From Candidatus Doudnabacteria bacterium RIFCSPHIGHO2_02_FULL_42_25 (GTDB lineage: Bacteria > Patescibacteriota > Doudnabacteria > UBA920 > O2-02-FULL-48-8), in NCBI GenBank assembly GCA_001777665.1, contig MFEQ01000004.1, positions 129,331 to 193,330 on the forward strand: 64,000 bases of DNA. The letters are read 5' to 3'. Numbering within the stretch: the stretch's first letter is position 1; every line of letters begins with the position of its first letter. Of the stretch, positions 44,622-53,892 are shown piece after piece. Under the pieces are notes generated by a model, which was given only the letters and a program-made list of their open reading frames with translations, was not told where the DNA came from and searched no databases. The translations under genes were made by a program, and so were the position numbers.

Positions 44622-45962
44622 TCAAGTAACATGTGTAAACGCAATTGCATCGGGAGCAAAGTCAGAAGTTTTCGTCAGTAATCCAGAGCGAATAGCAAAT
44701 TCTCCGTATTTATTATTAATGGAATCCAGGACTGGGGTTAATGTCGCATTTCTATCGACAAAGAGAGACAACTGCTTGACTTTTGGAGATAAATATGTGA
44801 ATCCTACGGCGATATGCATAACTTCACTAGGAAACTTCCATGCATCCCAAACTTTCAATGATTGTTCATACAACTCGAATCCGGTTTCTATAAATCCCTT
44901 TATTTTTCTGGATTTATGAAAATAACTACCCCGCCCGCCATCGCAAGCCTGATTACAAACATGCCCCGTGCTCAGGCGTTGCGGGCAGGCATCAGTCAAC
45001 GATACCGATAAATAAATACCAGAAGCCATCAACCCCTCTCTCCGCATCCTGCGCGATGCTTTTTCAGCTAATCGCAGTATAACTGATTTTAATTTCTCTT
45101 TGTCAGTGGTGCGAAAGTTCAAAACCCAAGAATTCCCAAAGGATTTCTGAGATGTCTCTTTCAGATTGTCCCTCTCCCCTTGCGGGAGAGGGTGGCGCGA
45201 AGCGCCGGGTGAGGGGTAACCCAAGAACCCACCCTCATCTGTCACTAACGTGACATCTTCTCCCGTCAAGGGAGAAGATTCTATAGAATCAATCTCTAAC
45301 CCATTTACGCGCTGCCATATATCAAATCCGGGTTTGCCAAACAAACTAATTAAATTTTGCACGGGATAATCCAACAACTGCAATGGGCTGGTGATATTCA
45401 ATTTTGCCAATCTTTTTTGCCAGCCTCGCGCAATACCCCATAAATCTGAAAGCTGCTTGTGTTTATAAATTTCTGGTAACTGATCGCGCCAGATCACGGT
45501 GAGTCCATCGGGTTTTTGCATGGCTCCGGCTAATTTAGCCAGGAATTTATTTTCTCCTATCCCGATGGAGCAAGTCAACCATTCCCCTATCTCTGATTTA
45601 ATCCGTCTTTTAATTTCAGCAGCTATCAACAATCCTTTGTCATCTGGAATTTCTAAAAAAGATTCATCAATACTATAAGGCTCGACTGACGGACTATAAT
45701 CCCGAAAAATTCTATTCATCTGATCATTCACTTCTCGATATTTATCGGGATCTGACCTAGTTACGATAATATTTGGATAAATTCTTTTGGCTTTATAAAT
45801 CGAGGTCCCTGTCCCTATCCCCAGTTTCTTGGCTTCTTTCGAAGTTCCGATCAGACAACTGGTTTCATGCAAAGAATTTCCCACACCTAAAGGACGGCCT
45901 CGCCAGAGCGGATTTGCTTGCTGCTCTACTGAAGCAAAAAAAGAATTCATATCGATAAGCAT
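44622..45962 (-). CDS. dinB: Y-family DNA polymerase IV (DinB-like) with two in-frame GC-rich insertions
   Basis: MLIDMNSFFASVEQ start, Y-family palm/fingers motifs, little-finger domain. Extra segments LTDACPQRLSTGHVCNQACDGGRGSY and PSPGASRHPLPQGERDNLKE are encoded by GC-rich palindromes. The ORF track's longer N-terminal extension is judged spurious. Confidence 0.8.
   Translation of the reverse strand: MLIDMNSFFASVEQQANPLWRGRPLGVGNSLHETSCLIGTSKEAKKLGIGTGTSIYKAKRIYPNIIVTRSDPDKYREVNDQMNRIFRDYSPSVEPYSIDESFLEIPDDKGLLIAAEIKRRIKSEIGEWLTCSIGIGENKFLAKLAGAMQKPDGLTVIWRDQLPEIYKHKQLSDLWGIARGWQKRLAKLNITSPLQLLDYPVQNLISLFGKPGFDIWQRVNGLEIDSIESSPLTGEDVTLVTDEGGFLGYPSPGASRHPLPQGERDNLKETSQKSFGNSWVLNFRTTDKEKLKSVILRLAEKASRRMRREGLMASGIYLSVSLTDACPQRLSTGHVCNQACDGGRGSYFHKSRKIKGFIETGFELYEQSLKVWDAWKFPSEVMHIAVGFTYLSPKVKQLSLFVDRNATLTPVLDSINNKYGEFAIRSGLLTKTSDFAPDAIAFTHVT
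44929..44992. repeat. GC-rich palindromic element (family 1-related) in frame inside dinB
   Basis: ccccgcccgccatcgcaagcctg...caggcgttgcgggcagg. The arm matches the reverse complement of the family-1 arm. Confidence 0.6.
45170..45222. repeat. Second GC-rich hairpin element in frame inside dinB (a different family)
   Basis: ccctctcccc-ttgc-gggagaggg and ggcgcgaagcgcc hairpins, then ggtgaggggtaaccc. Confidence 0.55.
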
Positions 45963-45975
45963 GGTGCGAGGAAGT

Positions 45976-46221
45976 CTAGTCGGCATAGGATTCGAGTAGT
46001 GTCCAAGATAAATTATCCGAGTTAAATTGGAGTTTAAAGTAATTAGTGTTATCGGAAACTGCGAAAAAATAGTACTTACTCCGACCTTCGAAGTTGGACC
46101 ACGATAAATTAATCTTTTTGATAGGAATTTCCCGGCCATGCCAAAGAAACTTGAGTGGCAAAGTTTGATTCTCGCCGAATTTAACGATTACTTCGATTGG
46201 TTCATTAATTTCTTCCAACAT
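45976..46221 (-). CDS. Small protein (81 aa) 14 nt upstream of dinB, possibly YolD-like
   Basis: ORF with a convincing hydrophobic core. Its position upstream of a Y-family polymerase is as in the B. subtilis yqjX-yqjW pair (inference). Confidence 0.35.
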   Translation of the reverse strand: MLEEINEPIEVIVKFGENQTLPLKFLWHGREIPIKKINLSWSNFEGRSKYYFFAVSDNTNYFKLQFNSDNLSWTLLESYAD

Positions 46222-46256
46222 AAAAAGCGGCTTTCAGCCGCCTTAAATATTGTTTA

Positions 46257-46550
46257 CTATTTCGGGAACACTACTAAATTGCCTAATTCTTTAATGTCAT
46301 TATCAGAAATCACATCTTTCTCTCTTAAAATCTCAGCCAACTTATTGACCTTCTCATCTTCCTTGCGAAGTTTGGTAATTAAACCGCCTTCCATGTCCGC
46401 CACTTTATCTGTTAAAAAGGTCTTAGTAACCATCTGGGTTTGGATCTGATTTAAAACCGGCTCCAAATTATTTTCCCAAACTTGTCCAAAACCTCCTATA
46501 ACCTCTTCTCTTACTACTTGTTTTATTTGTTCTAAGTCTTTTTTGTCCAT
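46257..46550 (-). CDS. Hypothetical protein (97 aa)
   Basis: ORF only. Confidence 0.4.
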   Translation of the reverse strand: MDKKDLEQIKQVVREEVIGGFGQVWENNLEPVLNQIQTQMVTKTFLTDKVADMEGGLITKLRKEDEKVNKLAEILREKDVISDNDIKELGNLVVFPK

Positions 46551-46759
46551 ATTGTTCTTTCTGCCGCCGAAATTAGTGTCTTTTAATTCTAAAACTTAGT
46601 TACTTCAACGTCAAGTTATTAAAAAGCAGCTCTTGCGAGCCGCCTTTCGTTGCGTCCCGACTTTCGTCGAGGACAAGTATTTATTTTAGTGTCCCAACAT
46701 TGTTGAAGACCCTTTCATTAATACATTTCTATTCTAAAAGGCCGGAAATCTTTTGTCAA

Positions 46760-46788
46760 TAAAAAAACCCAATAGCAAGCTACTGGGT
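46760..46788 (-). terminator. Minus-strand terminator accca-atagcaagctact-tgggt followed by T7
   Basis: Starts 8 nt after the stop of the 36-aa ORF. Confidence 0.55.
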
Positions 46789-46796
46789 CACGATTT

Positions 46797-46907
46797 TTAG
46801 TCGCCAGCGAGGGTTTCCCAAAGAATGTCAATGTCTTCCTTGCTCCAGGGCTTCGGAGTCTTCGGCTTTTCCGCGCCTTTTTTCGGACGTCCTTGCTTCT
46901 TTTCCAT
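46797..46907 (-). CDS. Small lysine-rich protein (36 aa) with GGAGG SD and its own terminator
   Basis: MEKKQGRPKKGAEKPKTPKPWSKEDIDILWETLAGD. The overlapping 66-aa ORF (46718-46918) reads through the terminator and lacks an SD. Confidence 0.35.
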   Translation of the reverse strand: MEKKQGRPKKGAEKPKTPKPWSKEDIDILWETLAGD

Positions 46908-47140
46908 ATTTCCTCCATTCGTAATTCGTTAAATTCGTAGTTTGTAGAAGATTGCCAACCATGGATCTGTTCTCGGCAATCAAAAAACCGCCTTTTCTAT
47001 AGCGGCAGTGGAAACTTCTACAAACTCGAAACTACCGCTTTAGGTGGTAAGGCGGCTAAGCAACAAACCTGAATTTGTCACATATTTCGTGTTCATAAAA
47101 AGATTATATAATGTTCTGTTTTAATGGTCAAGAGTTAGGA

Positions 47141-47254
47141 TTCCTCCCCTGGAACAGGGGAGGTTAGGTGGGGTAGATACTAGAATTAGATAGCAGTTTT
47201 TATTCTCAAACCGTACCTCCCCTAACCCCTCCTATCCTAGGAGGGGAATAACTG
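47141..47254. repeat. GC-rich multi-hairpin element directly 3' of msrB
   Basis: cctcccctg-gaa-caggggagg and cccctccta-tc-ctaggagggg perfect stems, plus ggaggttaggtgggg with its near-complement. Confidence 0.55.
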
Positions 47255-47258
47255 CGGA

Positions 47259-47681
47259 CTAACCCTTCTTCAGCATTAAACACGCAGAATTAATACAGTA
47301 CCTTTTGCCTCCCTGATCCTTAGGGCCGTCGTCGAAGACGTGACCCAAATGCGAGCCACAGTTTTTACAAGTGACTTCGATCCGATGCACCTGCCCGCCA
47401 ATGCCTGCGGCATCAGGCGTTGGCAGGCGGGTCCCATGATCATCATCATCGCGAAGTTCGATATTTTTTAAATTAGCTGGCTCGGTAAATGATGGCCAGC
47501 CAGTTCCTGAATCAAATTTCGTATCAGATGAAAACAACTCATTATTACACACAGCGCAAACATACATACCTTTATCTTTGGTATGCACGTACTGGCCGCT
47601 GAAAGGAGCTTCAGTCCCCTTCTTCCTCATAATCTCGTACTGTTCTGGCGTGAGTTTTTTCTTTAGTTCTTCATCATTCAT
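47259..47681 (-). CDS. msrB: Peptide-methionine (R)-S-oxide reductase MsrB with an in-frame GC-rich insertion
   Basis: CxxC...CxxC zinc site and catalytic GHVF/RYCINS motifs. The extra segment TRLPTPDAAGIGGQV is encoded by the element at 47388-47433. Confidence 0.85.
   Translation of the reverse strand: MNDEELKKKLTPEQYEIMRKKGTEAPFSGQYVHTKDKGMYVCAVCNNELFSSDTKFDSGTGWPSFTEPANLKNIELRDDDDHGTRLPTPDAAGIGGQVHRIEVTCKNCGSHLGHVFDDGPKDQGGKRYCINSACLMLKKG
47388..47433. repeat. GC-rich palindromic element, family 1, in frame inside msrB
   Basis: cacctgcccgccaatgcctgcggcatcaggcgttggcaggcgggtccc. Confidence 0.65.
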
Positions 47682-48658
47682 ATATTTTTTAGTCCTAACT
47701 TCTTAATTCTACCATTCTGAATCCAATTATCAATGCTGTATTTGCCGCCATTATTAATAATTAAATACAAAGCTAACGCGAGTAATATATAGTGTGGCCA
47801 TACTGCTTCTTTGAAATAAATTATAGATAATATATACAAAATCAAAGTCAAAAAGGCATTAAATCTAGTAGCAAATCCGAAAATTATGGCTAATCCTACT
47901 ACCACTTGCATAGCTCCAGTCCCGAGGGAAATCAATAGAGGATCAGACGGAAATAACCATCGAATCTCGGTTAAATTATATCTTTCCACAATCTCGATCA
48001 TGATAACAGGATGAAGAATCTTGATCGTAATCGCGGGATATAAGACAGAAATTCCATATGTGATTCGAATAAGGGGAATTTCCCAATCTTTAATTGAATT
48101 AACCCAACCATTAGCCTTGCGTAACAACCCATCTAAAGACATAAATTTTGAACCCCAAAAAATCAAAACCAACAATTCTCCGAAATAGTTAAAATAAGTA
48201 ACAATGTAATCTTTATAAATAAGTGTGGTAAGAATTAAAATAATTAAGCCGATGACGCTAGCTATTTCTGTAAATAGGCCTAACAAAATTAAACTACCGA
48301 TTATATATAATACGGGCTTTAAAACTTCACCTAGGGGAATTGAAGTTAAAGAAATTTCAGGCCCTAAAAAAGAATTAAAATATGCTGAAGCTAAAAATGA
48401 TAAGGCCAGAGCAACTCGTAGTATTACGTGTCCAAATGGCTCAAGACGCTCGAGCTTACGATTAAATATAATCCCGGTCTTCGATACAGCAAATAAATAA
48501 TAAAGTCCTATAACTGCAAAAAAGCTTAGAATAACAACCAGACTTAAGAAAAGATTGTGAGGATTTTTTATTGCATCAAAAACATTTATGCTCCAATCAC
48601 GCATGCCACTATCTATTACTTGAGGTGGCACTACGTAATTTTCATGAGCTATCCGCAT
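47678..48658 (-). CDS. Polytopic membrane protein (about 9 TM), unknown function
   Basis: ORF with many hydrophobic helices. Confidence 0.5.
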   Translation of the reverse strand: MRIAHENYVVPPQVIDSGMRDWSINVFDAIKNPHNLFLSLVVILSFFAVIGLYYLFAVSKTGIIFNRKLERLEPFGHVILRVALALSFLASAYFNSFLGPEISLTSIPLGEVLKPVLYIIGSLILLGLFTEIASVIGLIILILTTLIYKDYIVTYFNYFGELLVLIFWGSKFMSLDGLLRKANGWVNSIKDWEIPLIRITYGISVLYPAITIKILHPVIMIEIVERYNLTEIRWLFPSDPLLISLGTGAMQVVVGLAIIFGFATRFNAFLTLILYILSIIYFKEAVWPHYILLALALYLIINNGGKYSIDNWIQNGRIKKLGLKNI

Positions 48659-50299
48659 TTATTTAAAATCCAAATGCTTCATGGAGTAGTCAAATGATGC
48701 ATTGGCTTTCTTGTGAGGATTAAAAATTCCTTCTGAGTCAAAAATCTTTTTGGTTTGCTTAAATAAATGATAAACTTCCGCTCCAAACATTTGTTCAAGA
48801 TAAGGTCCTCTGACCATACCGTCGTTGTGTTCCCCCGTCATCGAGCCTTCGTACTCAAACACCAAATCATAAACTTCTTTGCCTAACTTTTTGATTATGC
48901 CCGCAACTTTGGGATCGCCGACTTTCATCAGTGGGATGATATGGAAATTACCATCTCCGACGTGTCCAGCCACTGTATATAATAGATTATACTTATCTAG
49001 AATTTTGTAAAGCTTAGGGAGAAATTCGCCCAAGACTTCTGGCCTGACCACAAAGTCATCGATAAACGGAGCTGTGCGCATGCCCTGGACGTGATGCCGA
49101 AGCATACTGAAACTTTCACGCCTTATGACCCAGTATTTTTCTGCACCGCTATCTGACAAAATCAATTTCGTCTTTAAATTAAACTCTTGCAAGCTTTTCT
49201 GGGCATCGCGAGCTAATTTAATCGCTTCAGCGTCTTTGTCAGAAGAAAACTCGACCAACATGACTAATTTCGGAATCCCACCTGTGAGCACCATCCAGGC
49301 TTCTGGAATGAAACTCAAAAATAATTTAATCGCATTGCCTTTGAGTTTAGCGATAATATCTGGAAGTAATTTCAAAGCGACTTTAAAGGTATGATCATCA
49401 TACGATTCGATGCTTTGCGGTTTAAATTTCAATAAATGATTTACAATTCCTGGCAACTGGTGCATGTCATTTAGAAACACCACTAATAAATGTTCACGGG
49501 TCTTTGGTTTAACAAGCTTTAATTTAAATTCTGTCATCAAACCCAAAGTTCCTTGCGATCCTACGATCAATTTTGTCAGGTCAAAAATTCCTTTGGCTTT
49601 ATCATAGACATTCCACAAATAATAACCTGCCGAATTTTTCGAAACCTTAGGCTTGGCTGATTGAAGCAACGCATAATTCTGATCAATCAAATCAAACATT
49701 TTAGTATAAATCTCACCTTCCAATCCTGCCGCATGTTTTTTCTTTTCTAATTCGGCCATTGTCAGAGGTTTAAATGTGGTTTCCTGGCCATCAGCTAAAA
49801 CCATTTTTACTTCTTGAATATAGCGTTCGGTTTTACCATATAACAAATTTAATTCCCCACCAGAATTATTGGCCACGATTCCGCCTAGCGCTGCTAAATC
49901 TTTCGACGCCGGATAACTAGGCAAAAGCAATTTTTTCTTCTTTGCTGCTTTTTCAAAATCACGATAATACACTCCCGGTTCGACGACTGCATAATCTTTG
50001 CCGATTTTTCTGATGTGATTAAAATATTTGGTAAATGAAACGACGATTGATTCGCTTAAATCCCCACCACTCATGTCAGTGCCAGCAGCTCTCGGAGTGA
50101 GCGACAAATTAAAACCGTGGCTGACTTTTTCCGCAACAAAATTCACCAAAGCTTGGACGTCTTTGGAATCTTTGGGAAAAACAACTACCTGAGGTGAAAC
50201 TTTATAGACGCTGGCGTCTTTGCTAAAAGTGTCGAGGGTTTGCCGGTCAGTTTTAACCTCTCCTTTTATTATATTTTGTATTTGTTTCTTTAGATCCAT
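48659..50299 (-). CDS. FAD-binding oxidoreductase (GlcD / D-lactate dehydrogenase family)
   Basis: FAD_binding_4-type N-terminal domain (VVFPKDSKDVQALVNF, AAGTDMSGG) and FAD-oxidase C-terminal domain. Confidence 0.75.
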   Translation of the reverse strand: MDLKKQIQNIIKGEVKTDRQTLDTFSKDASVYKVSPQVVVFPKDSKDVQALVNFVAEKVSHGFNLSLTPRAAGTDMSGGDLSESIVVSFTKYFNHIRKIGKDYAVVEPGVYYRDFEKAAKKKKLLLPSYPASKDLAALGGIVANNSGGELNLLYGKTERYIQEVKMVLADGQETTFKPLTMAELEKKKHAAGLEGEIYTKMFDLIDQNYALLQSAKPKVSKNSAGYYLWNVYDKAKGIFDLTKLIVGSQGTLGLMTEFKLKLVKPKTREHLLVVFLNDMHQLPGIVNHLLKFKPQSIESYDDHTFKVALKLLPDIIAKLKGNAIKLFLSFIPEAWMVLTGGIPKLVMLVEFSSDKDAEAIKLARDAQKSLQEFNLKTKLILSDSGAEKYWVIRRESFSMLRHHVQGMRTAPFIDDFVVRPEVLGEFLPKLYKILDKYNLLYTVAGHVGDGNFHIIPLMKVGDPKVAGIIKKLGKEVYDLVFEYEGSMTGEHNDGMVRGPYLEQMFGAEVYHLFKQTKKIFDSEGIFNPHKKANASFDYSMKHLDFK

Positions 50300-50363
50300 T
50301 TATGTTCTAATTATACCATAAATGATAAAAATAGTGGTATAATAACCCTATTCGTAAGCCCTA

Positions 50364-51146
50364 ATGAAACTAAATTTCGAATTATTTAATCCCAAGGGAT
50401 TTATCTCTGAACAACAGACAGATTTGATTATCACTGTCGTGGCTTTATTGCTGATTGCAGTCATCCCAGCCCTAGTCTTAACTTTTACCTTTGCCTGGAA
50501 ATACCGTGCTAGCAAGCAGTCAAAATTCACACCCAATGTCTCCGGTAATACGAAGTTACAACTAGGCTGGTTAGGGTTTCTCATTCTCATCATCATATCG
50601 GTCGGCACTCTTGCTTTCAAAAATAGTCACGCTCTGGATCCTCGAAAACCGATTCAGTCTGAAAAACAGGCAATCACAATCCAAGTCGTAGCGCTGGAAT
50701 GGAAATGGTTGTTTATATATCCGAACTCAAGTATCGCTAGTGTAAACTTTTTACAATTCCCTGAAGATACCCCGATCAATTTGGAGATTACGGCTGATGC
50801 CCCGATGAATTCGTTTTTGATTCCACAGCTAGGAGGCCAGATGTATGCAATGAACGGGATGAAAACTTCACTCCATATCATGGCCAATGAAGTTGGCGAT
50901 TATCGAGGGTTTTCATCCAACATTAGTGGGGAGGGATTTTCTGGGATGAAATTTACCGCCAGGGCTAGTTCAGACCGAGATTTCAATGCTTGGGTAGAAA
51001 CAGCTAGAATTAGCAGTGGTAGTTTAAATTACAATGAACTGGCTAAACCAAGTAAAAATAATTTACCTACTACTTATCTGGTGGCACAAACCGATTTATT
51101 TGATTCAATTGTTATGAAATATGGGGAGCCAATACATGTTCGGTAG
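50364..51146 (+). CDS. cyoA: Cytochrome bo3 ubiquinol oxidase subunit II (CyoA-like)
   Basis: Two N-terminal TM helices, then the cupredoxin-like domain (VALEWKWLFIYPN, IPQLGGQMYAMNGM). Confidence 0.8.
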   Translation: MKLNFELFNPKGFISEQQTDLIITVVALLLIAVIPALVLTFTFAWKYRASKQSKFTPNVSGNTKLQLGWLGFLILIIISVGTLAFKNSHALDPRKPIQSEKQAITIQVVALEWKWLFIYPNSSIASVNFLQFPEDTPINLEITADAPMNSFLIPQLGGQMYAMNGMKTSLHIMANEVGDYRGFSSNISGEGFSGMKFTARASSDRDFNAWVETARISSGSLNYNELAKPSKNNLPTTYLVAQTDLFDSIVMKYGEPIHVR

Positions 51147-53004
51147 ACTAAGCCTAGAAGCTCTACCCCACGAATGGTATACGCTGGGAGCAGTGGTCTC
51201 TTTAGGGCTTGGTGGTTTAGTTGCGGCAATTTTTCTGTCCAAAAAAAAGCTATGGGGTTGGTTATGGAATGAATGGTTGACTAGTACTGATCCGAAAAAA
51301 ATCGGCATCATGTATATCATCGTTGCCCTACTAATGTTATTCCGAGGATTCTTAGATGCTGCTATGCTCTGGTTCCAGCAAGCAGTTCTCAATGGAACAT
51401 CGTATGGATTAAGCGCTGATCATTTCCAGGAAATTTTCACTGCGCACGGTGTGATCATGGTGATTTTCGTCACTATGGGGTTGATGTTTGGCCTCATGAA
51501 CTATATTATCCCACTCCAAATCGGAGCCAGAGATGTCGCGTTTCCTTTTATCAATTCTTTGAGTTTTTGGCTCTATGTCGCTGGGGCGATTTTCCTCAAT
51601 CTATTTTTCGTCCTAGGCGGAGATTTTTCTTCCGCTGGGTGGCTGGCTTATCCCCCATTATCTGGATTGGAATATAGTCCCGGGGTCGGGGTGGATTATT
51701 GGATTTGGAGTTTACAAATTTCAGGACTAGGTACGCTTCTCGGGGGCATCAACATTTTGGTGACTATTCTCAAAATGCGAGCGCCAGGTATGACACTGAT
51801 GAAAATGCCAATGTTTACCTGGGCCACACTTTGCAGCATGGTTTTGATTGTTTCGACTTTCCCTCTCCTCACAGCTACTCTTGTCTTATTATCGCTGGAT
51901 CGATTGATCGGGACGCATTTTTTCACTTCTACCATGGGAGGTAACCCCATGATGTACGTCAATTTAATCTGGATGTGGGGGCATCCGGAAGTCTATATCA
52001 TCATGATCCCGTCATTTGGAATTTTTGCCCAAGTTGTTAGCACGTTTAGCCGAAAAAAATTATTTGGGTATAGCTGGACCGTGGCAAGTTTGATCGCAGT
52101 GACTCTTCTCTCGATGTTGGTTTGGCTCCACCACTTCTTTACCATGGGAGCAGGTGCTAACGTCAATGCATTCTTTGGAATTATGACTATGATCATCGCG
52201 ATCCCGACTGGAATTATTGTTTTTAATTCGATCATGACTATGTACCAGGGTAGGATTACATTCGGAACCCCCATGCTTTGGTTTTTGGGATTTGTCAGTA
52301 CCTTTTCTTTTGGCGGGATGGCTGGGGTCATGCTGTCAGTACCAGCGATAGATTTTCAGGTTCATAACAGTTTGTTTCTAGTCGCTCACTTCCATACTAT
52401 GGCTATAGGTGGAGCGTTATTCGGGATCTTCGCTGGATTTAGTTTCTGGTTTTCCAAAATTACTGGATTCAAACTGAATGAAAAAATTGGTAAAGCGGCA
52501 TTCTGGTGCTGGATAGTTGGATTTTTTGTTAGCTTCGTCCCCCTTTACGTCTTAGGCTTTATGGGTGCAACTCGTCGATTAGATCAGTATGACCCATCGA
52601 CTGGTTGGCAATCCTTATTTATTATTTCCTTCGTTGGGTTATTAATTATTGCAACCGGAGCCTTCCTCCAAGTTCTACAACTCATCCATGGGTTTCTGAA
52701 ACGAAATGAAAATAAAGATCTCACTGGTAATCCCTGGGAAGCAGAAGGCCTAGAATGGTCAACCTCTTCCCCGCCGCCTGATTACAATTTTGCTGTAATT
52801 CCAGGAACGAATAAAATCGAAGAATTTCACATGCCGAAAAATACCCCAATTGGAATTTACGTCTCTGGATTTGTGTTTTTGGTTGGATTTGGTGCAGTGT
52901 GGCATATATATTGGCTCACTGCATTAGGAATTATCGGAGCAATTATTTGTGTCATCATTCGAGCACTCGATGAAGATACAGAATACAAGGTTATACTCAA
53001 ATGA
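51121..53004 (+). CDS. cyoB: Cytochrome bo3 ubiquinol oxidase subunit I (CyoB-like)
   Basis: Heme-copper oxidase subunit I signatures (WAHHMF-like HHFFTMG, 12+ TM helices, His ligands). Confidence 0.9.
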   Translation: MGSQYMFGRLSLEALPHEWYTLGAVVSLGLGGLVAAIFLSKKKLWGWLWNEWLTSTDPKKIGIMYIIVALLMLFRGFLDAAMLWFQQAVLNGTSYGLSADHFQEIFTAHGVIMVIFVTMGLMFGLMNYIIPLQIGARDVAFPFINSLSFWLYVAGAIFLNLFFVLGGDFSSAGWLAYPPLSGLEYSPGVGVDYWIWSLQISGLGTLLGGINILVTILKMRAPGMTLMKMPMFTWATLCSMVLIVSTFPLLTATLVLLSLDRLIGTHFFTSTMGGNPMMYVNLIWMWGHPEVYIIMIPSFGIFAQVVSTFSRKKLFGYSWTVASLIAVTLLSMLVWLHHFFTMGAGANVNAFFGIMTMIIAIPTGIIVFNSIMTMYQGRITFGTPMLWFLGFVSTFSFGGMAGVMLSVPAIDFQVHNSLFLVAHFHTMAIGGALFGIFAGFSFWFSKITGFKLNEKIGKAAFWCWIVGFFVSFVPLYVLGFMGATRRLDQYDPSTGWQSLFIISFVGLLIIATGAFLQVLQLIHGFLKRNENKDLTGNPWEAEGLEWSTSSPPPDYNFAVIPGTNKIEEFHMPKNTPIGIYVSGFVFLVGFGAVWHIYWLTALGIIGAIICVIIRALDEDTEYKVILK

Positions 53005-53570
53005 GTCATACTGAAACTCACGAAAGATCACTACTAGGATTCTGGATTTACCTCATGACAGATCTGTTGTCATTTGGAGTTTTGTTCGCGACTTACGCTG
53101 TGCTCTCTCCAAATACCGCAGGTGGGCCAAATGCCAAAGAACTTTTCAGTTTACCGTTTGTATTGATTGAAACTTTAATCTTACTGACGAGTAGTTTTAC
53201 TGTGGGGTTAGCGATGCTGGCTGTTTTCAAACAAGCCAAACAACAAGCATTGATTTGGTTTGGTGTCACATTTCTTTTAGGACTCACTTTCCTAGGCATG
53301 GAATTGTATGAGTTTAACAATCTCATTGCTGAAGGTGCGTCTTGGGAACGCAGCGCTTTTCTGTCTTCCTTCTTCACTTTAGTCGGAACTCACGGCTTGC
53401 ATATTTCCGTGGGCTTACTTTGGATGGCAGTTTCAATGGTCATGATTTGGAAAAGGGGGCTGACGCCGTTTATCAATTCCAAATTAACCAGACTCGCTCT
53501 GTTCTGGCATTTCTTGGACATCGTCTGGATTTTTATTTTTACAATTGTCTATCTTCTCTCTTATGTTTAA
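53001..53570 (+). CDS. cyoC: Cytochrome o ubiquinol oxidase subunit III
   Basis: Five-TM subunit III pattern (FWHFLDIVWIFIF). Confidence 0.85.
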   Translation: MSHTETHERSLLGFWIYLMTDLLSFGVLFATYAVLSPNTAGGPNAKELFSLPFVLIETLILLTSSFTVGLAMLAVFKQAKQQALIWFGVTFLLGLTFLGMELYEFNNLIAEGASWERSAFLSSFFTLVGTHGLHISVGLLWMAVSMVMIWKRGLTPFINSKLTRLALFWHFLDIVWIFIFTIVYLLSYV

Positions 53571-53892
53571 ATCATACTTATTAGGATTTATACTTTCGAT
53601 CCTCCTGACAGTCGCAGCTTATTTATTAGTAGTGAACAACATGCTGTCGCAGGGGGTTCTGATCATCGTCATTCTGGCCCTAGCTGTCATCCAATTATGG
53701 GTGCAACTAATTATGTTTTTACATTTAGGCCAGGAAACTGGCCCGCGATGGAAATTGATTAGTTGGATCTCGACTGCCTCCGTCCTTTTGATTGTCGTTA
53801 TCGGTTCCATAGTGATTATGAACAATTTAAATTATCACGTGCCATCAGACCAAGAAATTATTGAAAATGAAGGAATACATCAATCTCACTAA
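53545..53892 (+). CDS. cyoD: Cytochrome o ubiquinol oxidase subunit IV
   Basis: Three-TM small subunit in the cyoD position. Confidence 0.7.
   Translation: MSIFSLMFKSYLLGFILSILLTVAAYLLVVNNMLSQGVLIIVILALAVIQLWVQLIMFLHLGQETGPRWKLISWISTASVLLIVVIGSIVIMNNLNYHVPSDQEIIENEGIHQSH

Noticed and set aside
45963-46139. 59-codon N-terminal extension of dinB
   Set aside because: No Y-family homology. It overlaps a better small ORF (45976-46221) in another frame. The conserved DinB N-terminus starts at MLIDMNSFFASVEQ.
46718-46918. 66-aa ORF MEEIWKRSKDVRKKARK...
   Set aside because: It reads straight through an intrinsic terminator hairpin and lacks an SD. The +1-frame 36-aa ORF with GGAGG and a stop just before the terminator is more plausible.
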